A DNA stretch of 64,000 bases from Octopus vulgaris (Eukaryota). Under the pieces are notes generated by a model, which searched no databases, had not been told where the DNA came from, and saw only the letters and a list, made by a program, of their open reading frames with translations. The stretch lies in NCBI GenBank assembly GCA_951406725.2, contig OX597825.1:62558001-62622000 (forward strand), in the 5' to 3' direction. The position numbers and the translations under genes are program-made. Of this stretch, positions 12,931 to 25,695 are shown piece by piece; position 1 is the stretch's first letter; each line of letters begins with the position of its first letter.

Positions 12931-13699
12931 AATACAGATGGATTGGAAGAACTAAGAACATCAAACCAGATGATTTGCAGTATTTGTTCTTTCGCTCTTA
13001 GTTCCAATCCCACCAGGGTTTACTAGATAGGGGCTAGAGTTAATCTACAACCTAGTTGAACACACCCCATTTGATGTCTTAGGTGCCTTTAGCAGAGTTC
13101 TTTTGTTCTATGTTTCTGAACCAGGTCTATAGTAAGGGGATGTGTTTCTTTCTTCACCCTCACCTCTACCCACACTAGTCTCAGAGGCCCTGAAAAGGTC
13201 ATGAGCACTGCCTTTCCTTTCCTGACCAAATAATAAATATATAAATTATTTCAAGAAAAGCCAATATTTAATATCACCTGCAATGCTCTTAATCATATCT
13301 TTCTAATTATAAGTATTAAATCGCACTGCACATGAATGCAACATATATAAATTGTTCTCACACATCTTGGATTAGCAAGTTTCCTTTGCATTTCAAAAAT
13401 ATTGAAGAATTCATAAAACATATTATTGCCACATACAATGAAAAATATGTTTTCCATCTTGGGTAAATATGGTTCAGAATTTAAATGATATCTTACTTTG
13501 TGAAAGCTCAAAATAAGATTTTCTATGTAAATAATGCTTTTATTCAGGTTTATATCTAAGAGGTAACTCTTACAAAAATTATTTCATTCTGTTGAAAAGA
13601 GGATTCATTGTTGTATGAATTCTGGGTAACAGATAATATATTATAAAATGTTATCTTTCCATACAGTACACAGGAGATATATTTTCATTACCTTTTCAG

Positions 13700-13777
13700 A
13701 ATTTCAACATGATAGAACTTGTAACCCAAATTTACTCTATAGCATCAGGTTGTGCATTCGAAAATATAATATTAATG
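13700..13777 (+). CDS. Candidate host-gene exon (NFNMIELVTQIYSIASGCAFENIILM)
   Basis: Strong ttttcattaccttttcag acceptor, phase 0; donor ATG|gtgata (alternatives: gt at 13749, or stop at 13793). Confidence 0.55.
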
Positions 13778-14185
13778 GTGATAATGAAATTATGACGGGA
13801 TAATGGTTGTAATGAACTGTACCATATTTTTAAAGTTATCTTCAGTGAACTAAGATAAAATACTGTCTTTCAGTAAAAGAAGTACTAGTTGTATAGTTGG
13901 TATATTCCAACCATAAAAATTTTTCCCTCATAATATCATAAGAATACTAACTACATTAGCTATGAAAAAAGTTAATATTGATGATCAAGTATTGACTATA
14001 TTCCATATATGCATGGAGTGTTTGCGTTTGCTCCAAATATATACTCAGCTATTTTCTTCTTTGGTATGTACTTGTACTGTCACCTGTTACACTTAGTCAT
14101 AGTGTGAGATAATTATGTATTAGACTAGATGCATGTGATGTAAACAGGAACAAAACTCGTGAATATTTCATAACATTTATTTCAG

Positions 14186-14237
14186 GAAAGGCTACACACA
14201 CACCTCAGCACAAGCACATATACAAAAAGATTTTCAG
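14186..14237 (+). CDS. Candidate host-gene exon (ERLHTHLSTSTYTKRFS)
   Basis: tttatttcag acceptor, CAG|gtaatc donor, phase 0 to phase 1. Confidence 0.55.
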
Positions 14238-14299
14238 GTAATCACTGGTAGAGAGACTTATGATATAGGGATCAAATTTATAGTGTCTAAATTCAACTG

Positions 14300-14792
14300 G
14301 TGGAGGCGCATGGCTTAGTGGTTAGGGTGTCAGCATCATGATCATAAGATTGTGGTTTCGATTCCTAGACCGGGCGACGTGTTTTGTTCTTGAGCAAAAT
14401 ATTTCATTTCATGTTGCTCCAGTCCACTCAGCTGGCAAAAATGAGTGCTGTCCAGTTGGCTAACATATACACCATTGAAACCAGGAAACTGGGCCTATGA
14501 GCTTGGCTAGGCTTTAAAAGGGTGCATCTAGTGGAGGCACATGGCTTAGTGGTTAGGGTGTCAGCATCATGATTGTAAGATTGTGGTTTCGCCTCCTGGA
14601 CCAGGTGACGCATTGAGTTCTTGAGCAAAACACTTCATTTCCCGTTGCTCCAGTCCACTCAGCTGGCAAAAATGAGTAATGCTGCGATGGACTGGTGTCC
14701 TATCCAGCTGGGGAACACATGCCATTGAAACCGGGAAACCGGGCACACGAACCTGGCTAGGCTTTAAAAGGGCGCATTTATTATTTAAAAAA
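14300..14792 (+). mobile_element. tRNA-derived SINE family C, tandem dimer
   Basis: Two heads ggaggc(g/a)catggcttagtggttaggg; V-domain-like gctgcgatggactgg; 11-bp TSD aaattcaactg at 14289 and 14793. Confidence 0.88.
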
Positions 14793-15738
14793 AAATTCAA
14801 CTGACATTAATGTTTTATTCAAAAGACAAGGGTGTCTTGAAGGGAAGCCAAGATATGAGTTTATCTGTAGCTACGCGAATTTCTGGCTTGCCTGTGGCCA
14901 GAAAGGAAGCAGTGTATTTTTAATTGTGTTTACTTAGCCTTAAGTTATCATGGAACAAAAGACAAAGAGATGTATGCCTGCAGAATCTTCTAGAAATTCT
15001 ACTTGGTTTGCTGACCTGTGGTGAGAAGTGAGATATGTGCCCAACCATTGCTCTCAACTTCTGTATTTTGATCTTTGTGGACTTTGCTTATCACTAGACA
15101 AAAATGTGCAAATCTCAAGCACATTCATTTTGATCTAATTTGTGACATGGTCCCCAACAAGTCAATTGGTCAATAAATGGAATATGAAGGTTAGCTGTCA
15201 ATATATAAATAAACAGTCCCAGGCCAAACATACCTTGAAGAAGAAACCTCAACGATAAGATATCCCAGCTTTGAATTATGGGAGGCTGGTATGGAGTGAC
15301 TGTAAGCTTCAGCAAACTGATTCATTGGGTCCATGCAATTTCTGTCTCACCAAAGGAGATCCTGTCTCTACTAATGAGGAAATGCAATCTATAGGAGGAG
15401 TATGCAACACCCATTAGTATTAAACAATTAAAAGGCCTAAATAAATAGAACATAAACATGATAAATGCATGTTCTAATTGTGGTTCACTAATGACACTAA
15501 TCTGATAATTTAGAAAAAGGGGTTCGAATCCTAAGATTTATTGCAATAATAATATTTTTTAAAATTTTCATCAAGCTTTAATTCAGCTTTAATTTTTGCA
15601 ATTTCTTATGCTTGGTGTATGTTCTTTCACTTTATATATGATTTATTACAATCTGCCATAGTATTATATTGTTTTTATTTTTTTTCTGAAAAATTGTGGA
15701 TGGGTGTACTAGATCTAATAACTGAGGATCATTTAAAT

Positions 15739-16016
15739 CTGTGGCTCTCAACCATTTTTTACTTATGGAATCCTTTGATTCCTGATTTACATGGGTGGAC
15801 CTTCATAAACATTCAATGTTTAAAAACATTCTATTATTTTTTCATGACTAGATATTATTAGGAATTGTATAAAAAATAAAAATATTTTGTGTATTGTAGA
15901 AGTATAAGCAGGAATGGACTAAAGAGAACATGTGGCAATTTATTACCACATGTTTTTAACATCTAAATCTTACAAGGACCTCCAATGATTATGCGGACCC
16001 TGGTTGAGAAACTCTG
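15739..16016. mobile_element. hAT-like MITE
   Basis: Ends ctgtggctctcaacc / ggttgagaaactctg; 8-bp TSD atttaaat/atttaaag. Confidence 0.75.
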
Positions 16017-16446
16017 ATTTAAAGGATAGCCAGTAGACATCTGGCAATGGTAGTGTGTTGCTGGATAGTTCATTCAATTAATATCAGTATTAGTAATTGA
16101 AGTAATTTTATATTCTATGCATGATCAAACTTTATGAACAAGCAAGAAATCTGACTCATATCAACTGAAAAAACCAATGATTTTTATTACCTTTTGTTTT
16201 GCCAACATTAACTAAACAGCATTCTTATGCATTTCAAGCACCAACAAACACACAGTACATTGAAATAAATGTTTGCCAGAAATTCAACTTGGACTTTGAA
16301 ATTTGGGATAGTCTTTAAGATAAGTAAATTTTCATGATCAAAAAGTTTTTTGCAAAATTATCTCATTGATTTTTATTCTTCTATTACAATCCTTTTTTCA
16401 TAGATATTTATTTATTTTCTAATTTTAACTTTCATTTTCATTTTTC

Positions 16447-16848
16447 ATTTACTTGTTTCAGTCATTTGACTGCAGCCATGCTGGAGCACCGCCTTTAGTC
16501 GAGCAAATCGACCCCGGGACTTATTCTTTGTAAGCCCAGTACTTATTCTATCGGTCTCTTTTGCCGAACCGCTAAGTAACGGGGATGTAAACACACCAGC
16601 ATCTGTTGTCAAGCAATGCTAGGGGGACAAACACAGACACACAAACATATACACACACACTTATTTATATATATACATATATACGACAGGCTTCCTTCAG
16701 TTTCCGTCTACCAAATCCACTCACAAGGCATTGGTCGGCCCGGGGCTATAGCAGAAGACACTTGCCCAAGATGCCACGCAGTGGGACTGAACCCGGAACC
16801 ATGTGGTTGGTTAGCAAGCTACTTACCACACAGCCACTCCTGCGCCTA
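16447..16848 (-). mobile_element. SINE family A (young)
   Basis: Near-consensus full-length copy. Confidence 0.93.
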
Positions 16849-16883
16849 TATGAACATTATTATTACAAAACATTTGTAATAAA

Positions 16884-17179
16884 CTCTGTTGTGTCTAGGG
16901 AGAGTCATTTTCTTTTTGTGCCTTATAATGTAACACACTCCCCAGTAAAAATTTCCACTTATTTCTTATTTTTATTTTCCTAACATTTTCGTTGCATCTT
17001 GCAACCTTTTCAACGAAAATGTTAGGAAAATAAAAATAAGAAATAAGTGGAAATATTACCTGTGAGTGTGTTACATTATAAGGCACAAAAGGAAAATGAT
17101 TCTCCCCAGACACAACAGAATATGCTTCAACACACGAACTCATATAAAGAATCTTGCAAACCAAGTCCAAAAAGGAAAT
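16884..17179. mobile_element. Fold-back insertion with 12-bp TSD
   Basis: ~110-bp inverted arms 16885-16993 / 17011-17119; TSD atttgtaataaa at 16872 and 17180; related single copy at 60845-61045. Confidence 0.8.
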
Positions 17180-17584
17180 ATTTGTAATAAAGGTTTATCT
17201 ATAGGGCAGCATTTAAGGATCTCATAGGATTTAATCACGATCAAGTAGTAATGTGTAATCACTTTAAGAAAAGCATTCAGTTTCCTTCATATAATATGTG
17301 GAATATAATTAGGAGTTCATTATAAAAAATAATTGAATAGATTGGTTATACAAGCAAAGATGGAAGTAGTTTAAATTGTTATAAATTATAAATAATGCTA
17401 AAATGTTCAAATGTCATTGATATTATATAGGGACAGAAACTATAGTGTATGTGAGAGTGTGAGTGTGTGTGTGTGTGCATACATGCATGTGTGCCTGTGT
17501 GTGTGTGTGGAATAATGTTAGAGATAGCTATCATTGTACAATAGTAACAGTTTTAAAAGTGACAGCTGAAATATTAATACTTCT

Positions 17585-17795
17585 GTGAGCTGGCAGAAAT
17601 GTTAGCACACCGGGCAAAATGCGTAAACATTCTGAGTTCAAATTCTGCCGAGGTCAACTTTGCCTTTCATCCTTTCGGGGTTGATAAATTAAGTACCAGT
17701 TATGCACTGGGGTCAATGTAATCGACTTAATCCGTTTGTCTGTCGTTGTTTGTTCCCTCTGTGTTTAGCCCCTTGTGGGTAGTAAAGAATTAGGT
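17585..17795 (+). mobile_element. SINE family B monomer
   Basis: gagctggcagaaatgttagcac...ccccttgtgggtagtaaagaa. Confidence 0.88.
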
Positions 17796-18317
17796 AATAT
17801 TTATTCCCTCTCAACCGTGGGTGTTCTTTTAGAACAAACTATTCTGCAATAGGTATCATGAGAGAAATTCTCATATTGGCATTTGGTACAAAATGCTCTC
17901 TTGCTTATATCGCTAGAGGGGAGATATATCCTCACTATCCCTTGTTCTGAGACCATCAAATCACATGATTTCAACCTTCTTTGGTCTCATCAATGATGGA
18001 CACTCAACTGCTAGAGATAGCAGTGATTCATCTTTTTGCTAATAATCATACATTTCTGTATATTGATCCATAACTTTCTACAGTTCTATACTTAAGCAAT
18101 GAAGAATTATGTACATTATTTATATTACTTACATACCACTACACCATATGCTCATGAGCATATGGCATAGTGGTTAAGAGTGTGGGCTACAAACCTCAAG
18201 ATTCTGATTTCGATTCTAGGCAGTGACCTGAATAATAATAATAATATTAATGATAATGATAATAATAATAATAATAATAATATTAATGATAATGATAATA
18301 ATAATAATAATAATAAT

Positions 18318-19115
18318 CCCAGCAATGGTTGAGAAGCTCAGGACTCAAAGCAGAGACAGAGAGATTTTTAATTGCAGCACAAGACCAAAGCCTCCCCACC
18401 AGAAATTACCAAAAACATGTAATGAAAAGAAATATTACAAGTAACTGCAGAATATGTGGAAATGGACAAGAAACAATAAATCATATTATCTCTAGCTGCC
18501 CAGTCCTGGCTAAGAAGGAATATATTCACAGACATGACAGAGTTGGAACCTACATACATTGGAAGCTATGCCAACATTATGGAATAACAACAGAAAAAAG
18601 ATGGATGGTATAGGCACACACCAGAAAAGGTCACAGAAAACGAGAAAGCAACCATACTCTGGGATATGCCGATACACACAGATAGAGAAATTAAGGCCAA
18701 CAGATCAGATATAGTTGTCAGAGATCATGAAGAAAAAAATGCTTTCTAATTGATGTATCAATACCGGCAGATGACAACGTGTCTCTAAAAGAAATGGAGA
18801 AACTCTCAAAATACAAAGACCTGGAAATAGAGGTAACCAGAATGTGGCATCTAAAAACAGAAACAATTTCTATCATAGTAGGTGCATTAGGCATGATAAA
18901 AAAATATTCAGACAAATACATAACAAAAACACCAGGACTTACAAACACATATAACATACAGAAAATTGCACTACTAGGCACTGCACACATCCTACGCAGA
19001 ACACTTTCCACACAATAATCATCAGAGCATCACAACAAATCACAGCACATACCTAAGGCACACAGAGCTGTGCTCGGTAGTGAAGTGAAAGCATGCTATA
19101 AAAATAAAACTACTG
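18318..19115 (+). mobile_element. 5'-truncated R4/Dong-clade non-LTR retrotransposon (CCHC knuckle + restriction-like endonuclease), frameshifted
   Basis: AAQDQSL, CRICGNGQETINHIISSC, RHD, WD...NRSDIVV...LIDVSIP...KLSKYKDL...IIVGALG...IQKIALLGTAHILRR; inserted in (AAT)n, the known Dong target. Confidence 0.92.
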
Positions 19116-19199
19116 AATAATAATAATAATAATAATAACAACAACAACGATATCAGAAAATACCTTAGGAATGACAACCCAGGTTCAAAATTTCCCCAA

Positions 19200-19242
19200 G
19201 ACACCTGATGAAGGCTGGAGGGTATATCAGCTGAAATGTGTT
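19200..19242 (+). ncRNA. Decayed minimal hammerhead motif
   Basis: gacac-CTGATGA-a-ggctgg(agggtata)tcagct-GAAA-t-gtgtt; stems I and II present, stem III/cleavage triplet largely deleted. Confidence 0.6.
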
Positions 19243-19414
19243 AACAACAAACAAGATAAAGACAAATATCAGTCAATTGTAAATAGTAATTAGTAAGTAC
19301 ATAACTTACTAATACAAAACATAATTTGAACATGTAATAATGATGAAATTCAAAGAGAAGTAAGTAGAAATTATAGGAAACAATTAAAACTGAAGGTAAA
19401 AAAAGGTTAAGTTA

Positions 19415-19652
19415 CCCTCTGAAGTCATGCTGGCTCATAAGGGATGGTTTCCCAGTTTCATGGTGTATATATTTCCAACCTGGATGAGACGGTGGTTCAT
19501 CATTGGATTACTCATTTTTACCTGCTGAGTAGCCAGAGCAACATGAAATAAAGTGTTTTTCTCAAGAACACAATGCATTGCTCAGTCCAGAAACCGAAAC
19601 CACAATCTTACAGTCATGAGTCCAACACACTACCACTAAGCTACACGCCTCC
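19415..19652 (-). mobile_element. SINE family C (degenerate)
   Basis: Reverse complement of the 14300 element body and head. Confidence 0.75.
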
Positions 19653-20152
19653 ACATTATAATAACTAAAGCCATTACAGTGAATTAATAAATGGGTTTTA
19701 TTAAATTTGTAAACACTAGATGAGTAAATATACTTTTTAATTGCCAGTGTATTAATTTGGTTTAAAATTTAATCAAGAAGATGCATGTTATAAATTTATA
19801 AGCTTCATTTGTTTTTATTAAAGTATACCTAAAACAGAGAAATGTCACTGAATACAGAAAAGAAGATAACATTCTACTAAGTTAGTTGTGATCCCATAAA
19901 AGTGAATCTGTGTGCAGCATAAACTCATACAAGTGAATATTATATAATCGTTTATGCAAATTATGTTCAGTATATGTACTAATACTAGTGAGTCTATATG
20001 ACATTTGAGACCTCATAGACCTGCTACATACATACATACATACATATATACATACATATATACATACATATTTACTTATACACACACCTATGTATACTCA
20101 CACACATACACACACACATATATACATACCTACATATATACATATATATTTA

Positions 20153-20188
<36 letters not shown>

Positions 20189-20230
20189 TGTATGTATGTA
20201 TGTATGTATGTATGTATGTATGTATGCATG

Positions 20231-20275
<45 letters not shown>

Positions 20276-20279
20276 GCTC

Positions 20280-20520
20280 ACACATAAATATATATTGAGA
20301 AAAATGTGGCACTAGGAATTTTGGATAATTCTTTAATAGTACTTTCATTTGTGAAATCAAATTCTTCAAAACAGGAATTAAAACCAAAACCATTTTGGTT
20401 TTAATTTTTGCCTCCAAGACTTCAGATAAACAAACAAAAGTGTTTATAAAGAATTATCCAAAATTTGACTGCTTCCTTTTTCTCAATATACACATATCTG
20501 TACACCACTTCAAAAACTAT
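20280..20520. mobile_element. Hairpin (MITE-like) element family G, copy 1
   Basis: Imperfect ~200-bp palindrome (atattgagaaaaa/tttttctcaatat; aattaaaaccaaa/tttggttttaatt) in microsatellite; second copy at 33960. Confidence 0.8.
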
Positions 20521-20523
20521 ATA

Positions 20524-20611
<88 letters not shown>

Positions 20612-20613
<2 letters not shown>

Positions 20614-21545
20614 TTTTATCTTTTAGTTCAGTTATTAAACAGTAGCCATGCTGGGGAACCACCTTGAAGAATTTTCTGTCAAATGAATTGGCCCCAGAAC
20701 TTACATTTCTAAAGTCTGGCACTTATTCTATTTGTCTCTTTTGTGGAATTGCTAGATTAAGGGGATGTAAACTCAGCAACACCAGTTTTCAAATGGTAAA
20801 GGGGAAGGGTATAAATGCAGACACACACACACACACACACACATACACACAAGCACATGCACACATGCACACTTATACATGCACATAAGGAGCAAATACT
20901 CATGAGGGAATATTTATATAGATATTATTATTGTTATTATTATCCAGGGTAATATAAATAGTTGATAATAACAACAACAATAATATAAGTGGTTGCAGGC
21001 CTGAAATAGCATTATATTGCTATAGAATTAAAATTTATATCAACAATAAGGACACACAAGTGCGTCTGCCTGCTAATCCAAATATTAAGAAATTTATAGC
21101 ATTGGATTATATTGGCATGTGAAAGATTTTTTCAGTCTATTCGCCTAACTACTGTTGATTTTGTATCGAAATTTTCAGTGTTATTACTGGTGGTTTAAAT
21201 GAGGGTTTTCACTCTTATTTCTAGCAGGCAGGTGTATTTGTGTGCCCTTATGATTGATATATATATACATATATGCAATGGGCTTCTTTCCATTTCTGTC
21301 TACCAAATCCACTCACACGTCTTTGGTCAGTGCAAGAGTATAGTAGAAGACACTTGCCCAAAGTGCCACACACAGACCAAATGTAGCTGGGAGGCAAACG
21401 TTTTAGTTTCTATCTACTAAATCCATTCACATTTCTTTGGTCATTTTGGCGCTATAGTAAAAAAGCTCAACCAAGGTGCCATGCAATGCAGTGGGACTAC
21501 ATGCTTGGGAAACAAGCTTCCTAACTACATCGTCACATTTGCAAC
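20612..21545 (-). mobile_element. Old SINE A interrupted by an inverted-repeat element (~20890-21260)
   Basis: Tail half 20612-20880, head half 21270-21545; insert arms 21037-21075 / 21222-21260. Confidence 0.7.
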
Positions 21546-21667
21546 TACAATCATACCCAAAAGTTTGGAATATATTTTCGTATACATGATGTACTAGCTT
21601 CTATTTATTAAAAGTAAGCAATTTTGTCTTGAACTATGTTTTTGATTTTGCCTAGTTATTCCTCTAG

Positions 21668-21694
21668 ATGCTGAACCATTGAATCAGTTATTAG
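21668..21694 (+). CDS. Candidate 27-nt microexon (D-AEPLNQLL)
   Basis: ttattcctctag acceptor, TAG|gtaaat donor, phase 1-1; in-frame alternative acceptor at 21656. Confidence 0.45.
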
Positions 21695-22004
21695 GTAAAT
21701 ATATCTCTACATTGTATGTATTTCAATTGGATTGTACTTGAGCATAACAAGCATAATTTAATGAAAAGTGTTCCAAAATTTTGGCCACGAATGTATTAAT
21801 GCAAATAATATTTTATTCATTAGTTCTAGGGAGAAGAGAGTATATATAGATTTTGCTGTCATCCTAGTTTGATGTAACTGTTTAGCCCAGATTATACTTT
21901 ATTAGGTAAAAAAGACATTGATAAAAGATATTCCTGCCATGATCATTCCATCTTTTATTCAAATATCATGAATCTAACAACTACACCATTCAATGTAGTC
22001 TTAG

Positions 22005-22220
22005 GGCAAGCTGGCAGAAACATTATCACGTCGTGCAAAATGCTTAGCAATATTTTGTCTGCCGTTATGTTCTGAGGTCAATTTTGCCTTTCATCATTTC
22101 AGGGTCGATAAATTAAATACCAGTTATGTACTGGGGTCGATGTAATTGACTTAATCAGTTTGTCTGTCCTTGTTTGTCTCCTCTATGTTTAGCCCCTTGT
22201 GGGCAATAAAAAAATAAGAT
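22005..22220 (+). mobile_element. SINE family B monomer
   Basis: Homology to other B copies. Confidence 0.85.
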
Positions 22221-22424
22221 ATTAGTTCATTTGAAATAGAGTGAAGGGAGTTAAAGGAAATTTAGCTGCTATATCTCGTACGGCGAGCAACCCTGTAGAA
22301 GTTCCTTTATTAATTTGTTGGCTTGATGGACTTCCATAAGTGTAGTTCGAAGAAAAATCGCCTAACTTGACTCTGTGTGAATTGATGCATTTAGGAATGT
22401 ATCAAGGGATATTTTTCTTTTTTT

Positions 22425-22795
22425 CTTTTATCGGTTTCTGTCATGGCCATGCTGGGGCACCACCCTGAAGAACTTTTAGTCAAATGAATTGACCTCAGTA
22501 CTTATGTTTTTTTAAAGTTTGGCACTTATTCTATTGGTCTCTTTTTGCCAAACCACTAAGTTAAAGGGATATAAGCAAATCAACCCCAATTGTCAAGTGA
22601 TAGTAGGGTACAAACACTGACACAACACACACACAAGACTGGCTTCTTTCAGTTTCCAATTTACCAAATCCATTCACAAGGCTTTGGTTGGCCTGAAGCT
22701 ATAGTAGAAGACACTTGCTCAAGGCGTCATGCAGTGGGACTGAACCTGTAACCATTTAATTGGGAAGCAAACTTCTTACCACACAGCCATGCTTG
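22425..22795 (-). mobile_element. SINE family A (older)
   Basis: Homology to other A copies. Confidence 0.85.
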
Positions 22796-23014
22796 CAGTG
22801 CTGGAGATAAAACTCTGGAATTGCTTGGTGATACACTGTTAGGAAGATAACTGGGAAAATGATTGAATTGGGTGGGTTTGCATTAAATAAACAGAGCGGG
22901 TGTCATGCACAGATTACTTTAGCAGAGGAGAAATAACCATTGTAATTAAGGTAAAAATAGTAGTAATTTGAAACACAGTATTGATCTAGAAGTACTTGTG
23001 AGTGATTTGTTTTT

Positions 23015-23465
23015 ATCTTTAACTTGCTTTATTCATTATACTGCAGCCACGCTGGGGCTCCATGGCCATGCTGGAGCACTGCCTTAAAGGATTTTTTCAG
23101 TATAACAAATCAACCCTGGAACTTATTCTTTTTAAGTTTGGTACTTATTTTATTGGTCTTTTTTGCTGAACTGTTAGGTTATAGGGACGTAAACATAACA
23201 ACCCTGGTTGTTGAGCAGTGGTGGGAGACAAACACAGACACAAAGACACATACACACACACATAGATATATGCATGCACACACACATGCTCATACAAATA
23301 TATACGACAGGCTTCTATCAGTTTCTATTTACCAAATCCTCTCACAAGGCTTTCGTTGGTTCATGGCTATAGTAGAAGACATTTGCCCAAGGTGCCATGC
23401 AGTGGGACTGAACCTGGAACCATGTGGTTGAGAAGCAAGCTTCTTACCTCACAGCCACACCTGCA
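23015..23465 (-). mobile_element. SINE family A (older)
   Basis: Homology to other A copies. Confidence 0.85.
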
Positions 23466-23675
23466 TGGGTTGTTTTTTTTTCCCTCTCTATATAATCTAC
23501 ATTACTTGCATGAATAGCTGATGCTGTACCCTTTTTTTGGTTTATGAATGTACTTTTCTGACATGTGTAAGGTCTGTAGCCACTCCATACTGAAGCATTT
23601 TCCAGAGCTTAGAAGACACACCTCATCATTGTGATCTAATTTCAATTTTTATTTCTTATATTTTTTTCATACGAG

Positions 23676-23765
23676 ACATCAGTAATAGTAAATTAGCAAT
23701 TAGCAAAATCTCATTTAATCACTGCCCAGAGCACAGCTGGTTAAAAAGATTACATAAAACTAAAG
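23676..23765 (+). CDS. Weak candidate exon (D-ISNSKLAISKISFNHCPEHSWLKRLHKTK)
   Basis: ctaat branch-like site, long pyrimidine tract, rare GAG acceptor, AAG|gtatct donor, phase 1-1. Confidence 0.3.
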
Positions 23766-24356
23766 GTATCTATAGAGAAAAAAATGAAAAATAAATAGCT
23801 GATAATGATGTATTTCTAATATAGAAAACTAAATCAGTATTTAAAATCTACTTTAGAAAGTTATTTTTAATTATATTGATGTTTAACAATTTACTATATC
23901 ATTGTATGAGATTACATGTTATAGACTAAGCTCATTGTTTCACGAGTTTATTGATCTAATTTCATATTTAGTTACCGCCAATTCAATGAACTAAAACTTC
24001 TGCTATGGGCGGAACATATAAAAAATAATAGAATGAAATTAAAAATAATTTTTATGTTTATTTTATGCACTTGTAAATTACTAGTTTAAGCTTGCTGTCT
24101 CTTTATTTCAATCATAAAAGGATTGAAAAAAAAAAAGCCCAAATAAAAAGGAAAAGATTGAGAGAAAGAATGAAAAATTCAACTAAATAAAATCCATCAC
24201 TCAACATTTTCTAAGACAATCAGATTTAAGATGAAAAACAGTTTCAACAGAAACTTATTGAAGTTGCTTCCAATTGAAATTTCTTTATGGTAATAAACTT
24301 ACAGCTATCTGGCTCATCATTTTTATCTAACCTGTGCTGCTAAATTAGACTAATAG

Positions 24357-24458
24357 AATCAATTTCCTCAATCTGTTTACTATCTCAGAAATTCATTGCT
24401 ATTGGATCTCAAAGACATTGATTTTTCACCAGACCTACAGCTAAGACCAAAGCAGAAA
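24357..24458 (+). CDS. Weak candidate exon (NQFPQSVYYLRNSLLLDLKDIDFSPDLQLRPKQK)
   Basis: Protein-like open frame between taatag and gtagaa; phase 0-0 does not chain directly to the preceding candidates. Confidence 0.3.
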
Positions 24459-25427
24459 GTAGAATATAGTCTATTCTATATAAGTTTTGACATTTTCTTA
24501 CATTCTTGTTCTTTATCTTATTACCATTTTCAGATTCTTTATTGTTTCCTTCTTCTTCTTCTTCTTTTTTTTTTTTTTCTTTTGCAACACACTTATTCTG
24601 ATTGGCTTCTTGAACAAAAGAACAAACATTTTTTTCTGAAACAGAATTTCCGATTGCTTTATTGACTTTTGCTAAGCTGATGCACCCCAAATTAGAAGCA
24701 ACATTTTTACACAATATAAATTTTAAACAAAACTAAATACATGCAAAAAAGAATCTTATTATATCCTTTGACAATTTATATCAATTTGTTTGCTCATTTT
24801 TTTCTTTTTACTTCGCATAGTGGCCTATAATATTAACTAACATTTCAACTTCAATTTATCTATTAAAATGAAATCCATTTGTTTTATCACTTACAATAGA
24901 TGGTAACTAGATTTAACATCTTATGAACTGAAGGGAAATGCCAAAGAATGTTTTAAGTGTTTTTCTAAGAAATTAAAATTTTAACTAAAATCTGAAATTA
25001 ATCTCCTAAGATTATATTAAAAGTCACCATTTCTCATCAATAACCCAAACAACAAAAACGTTATAAGAAGCAATATAGTAGCAGGCCTAGCAGAATTTAT
25101 ACATAACCATGATTAAATCAAATGGAGAAAAAAAAATGCATGTAATAAGAGCAGTAAATGCAACAATGCAAATTGTATTACAAGTGCTGTATAGAAACAA
25201 CTGTGAAGATACCAAGTCAAAGTCCTGTTCTCTCACGAATAAGAGAAGCAATAATTATACACTCAACAGTATCATGTGCAAGTGAAATCCATATGAACCA
25301 AATACACAAACTAGAGACCCTTTAGTTGATCAACTGAGTTGCTAGATGTAGAAACAGAATCCCTCTTAAATCACACAGTATTGTCTAAAAAAAAAAAAAG
25401 AAAATTTTGAATAATTTAGTGTAGTAA

Positions 25428-25648
25428 GTTACTCTTTTACTCTTTTACTTGTTTCGGTCATTTGACTGCGGCCATGCTGGAGCACTGCTATTAGTCAAGC
25501 AAATCGACCCCAGGACTTATCCTTTGTAAGCCTAGTACTTATTCTATCGGTCTCTTTTGCTGAACCGCTAAGTTATGGGGACGTAAACACACCAGCATCG
25601 ATTGTCAAGCGATGTTGGGGGGAAAAACACAGACACACAAATACACAC

Positions 25649-25695
<47 letters not shown>

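Larger units (their letters stand above)
18105..19306 (+). mobile_element. tRNA-headed SINE-like element with hammerhead-bearing tail, split by a Dong insertion
   Basis: A box tggcatagtgg (18163), B-box-like tttcgattct, (AAT)n linker, tail with CTGATGA...GAAA at 19205; 5' inverted duplication 18135-18174. Confidence 0.6.

Noticed and set aside
14303-14375. tRNA genes
   Set aside because: A/B-box heads continue into SINE bodies; no complete cloverleaf seen
16606-16983. Recurrent peptide 'SVSVYQIHSQGFGRP...EDTCPRCHAVGLNPEPCGW' in many ORFs
   Set aside because: Antisense translation of SINE A, not a gene family
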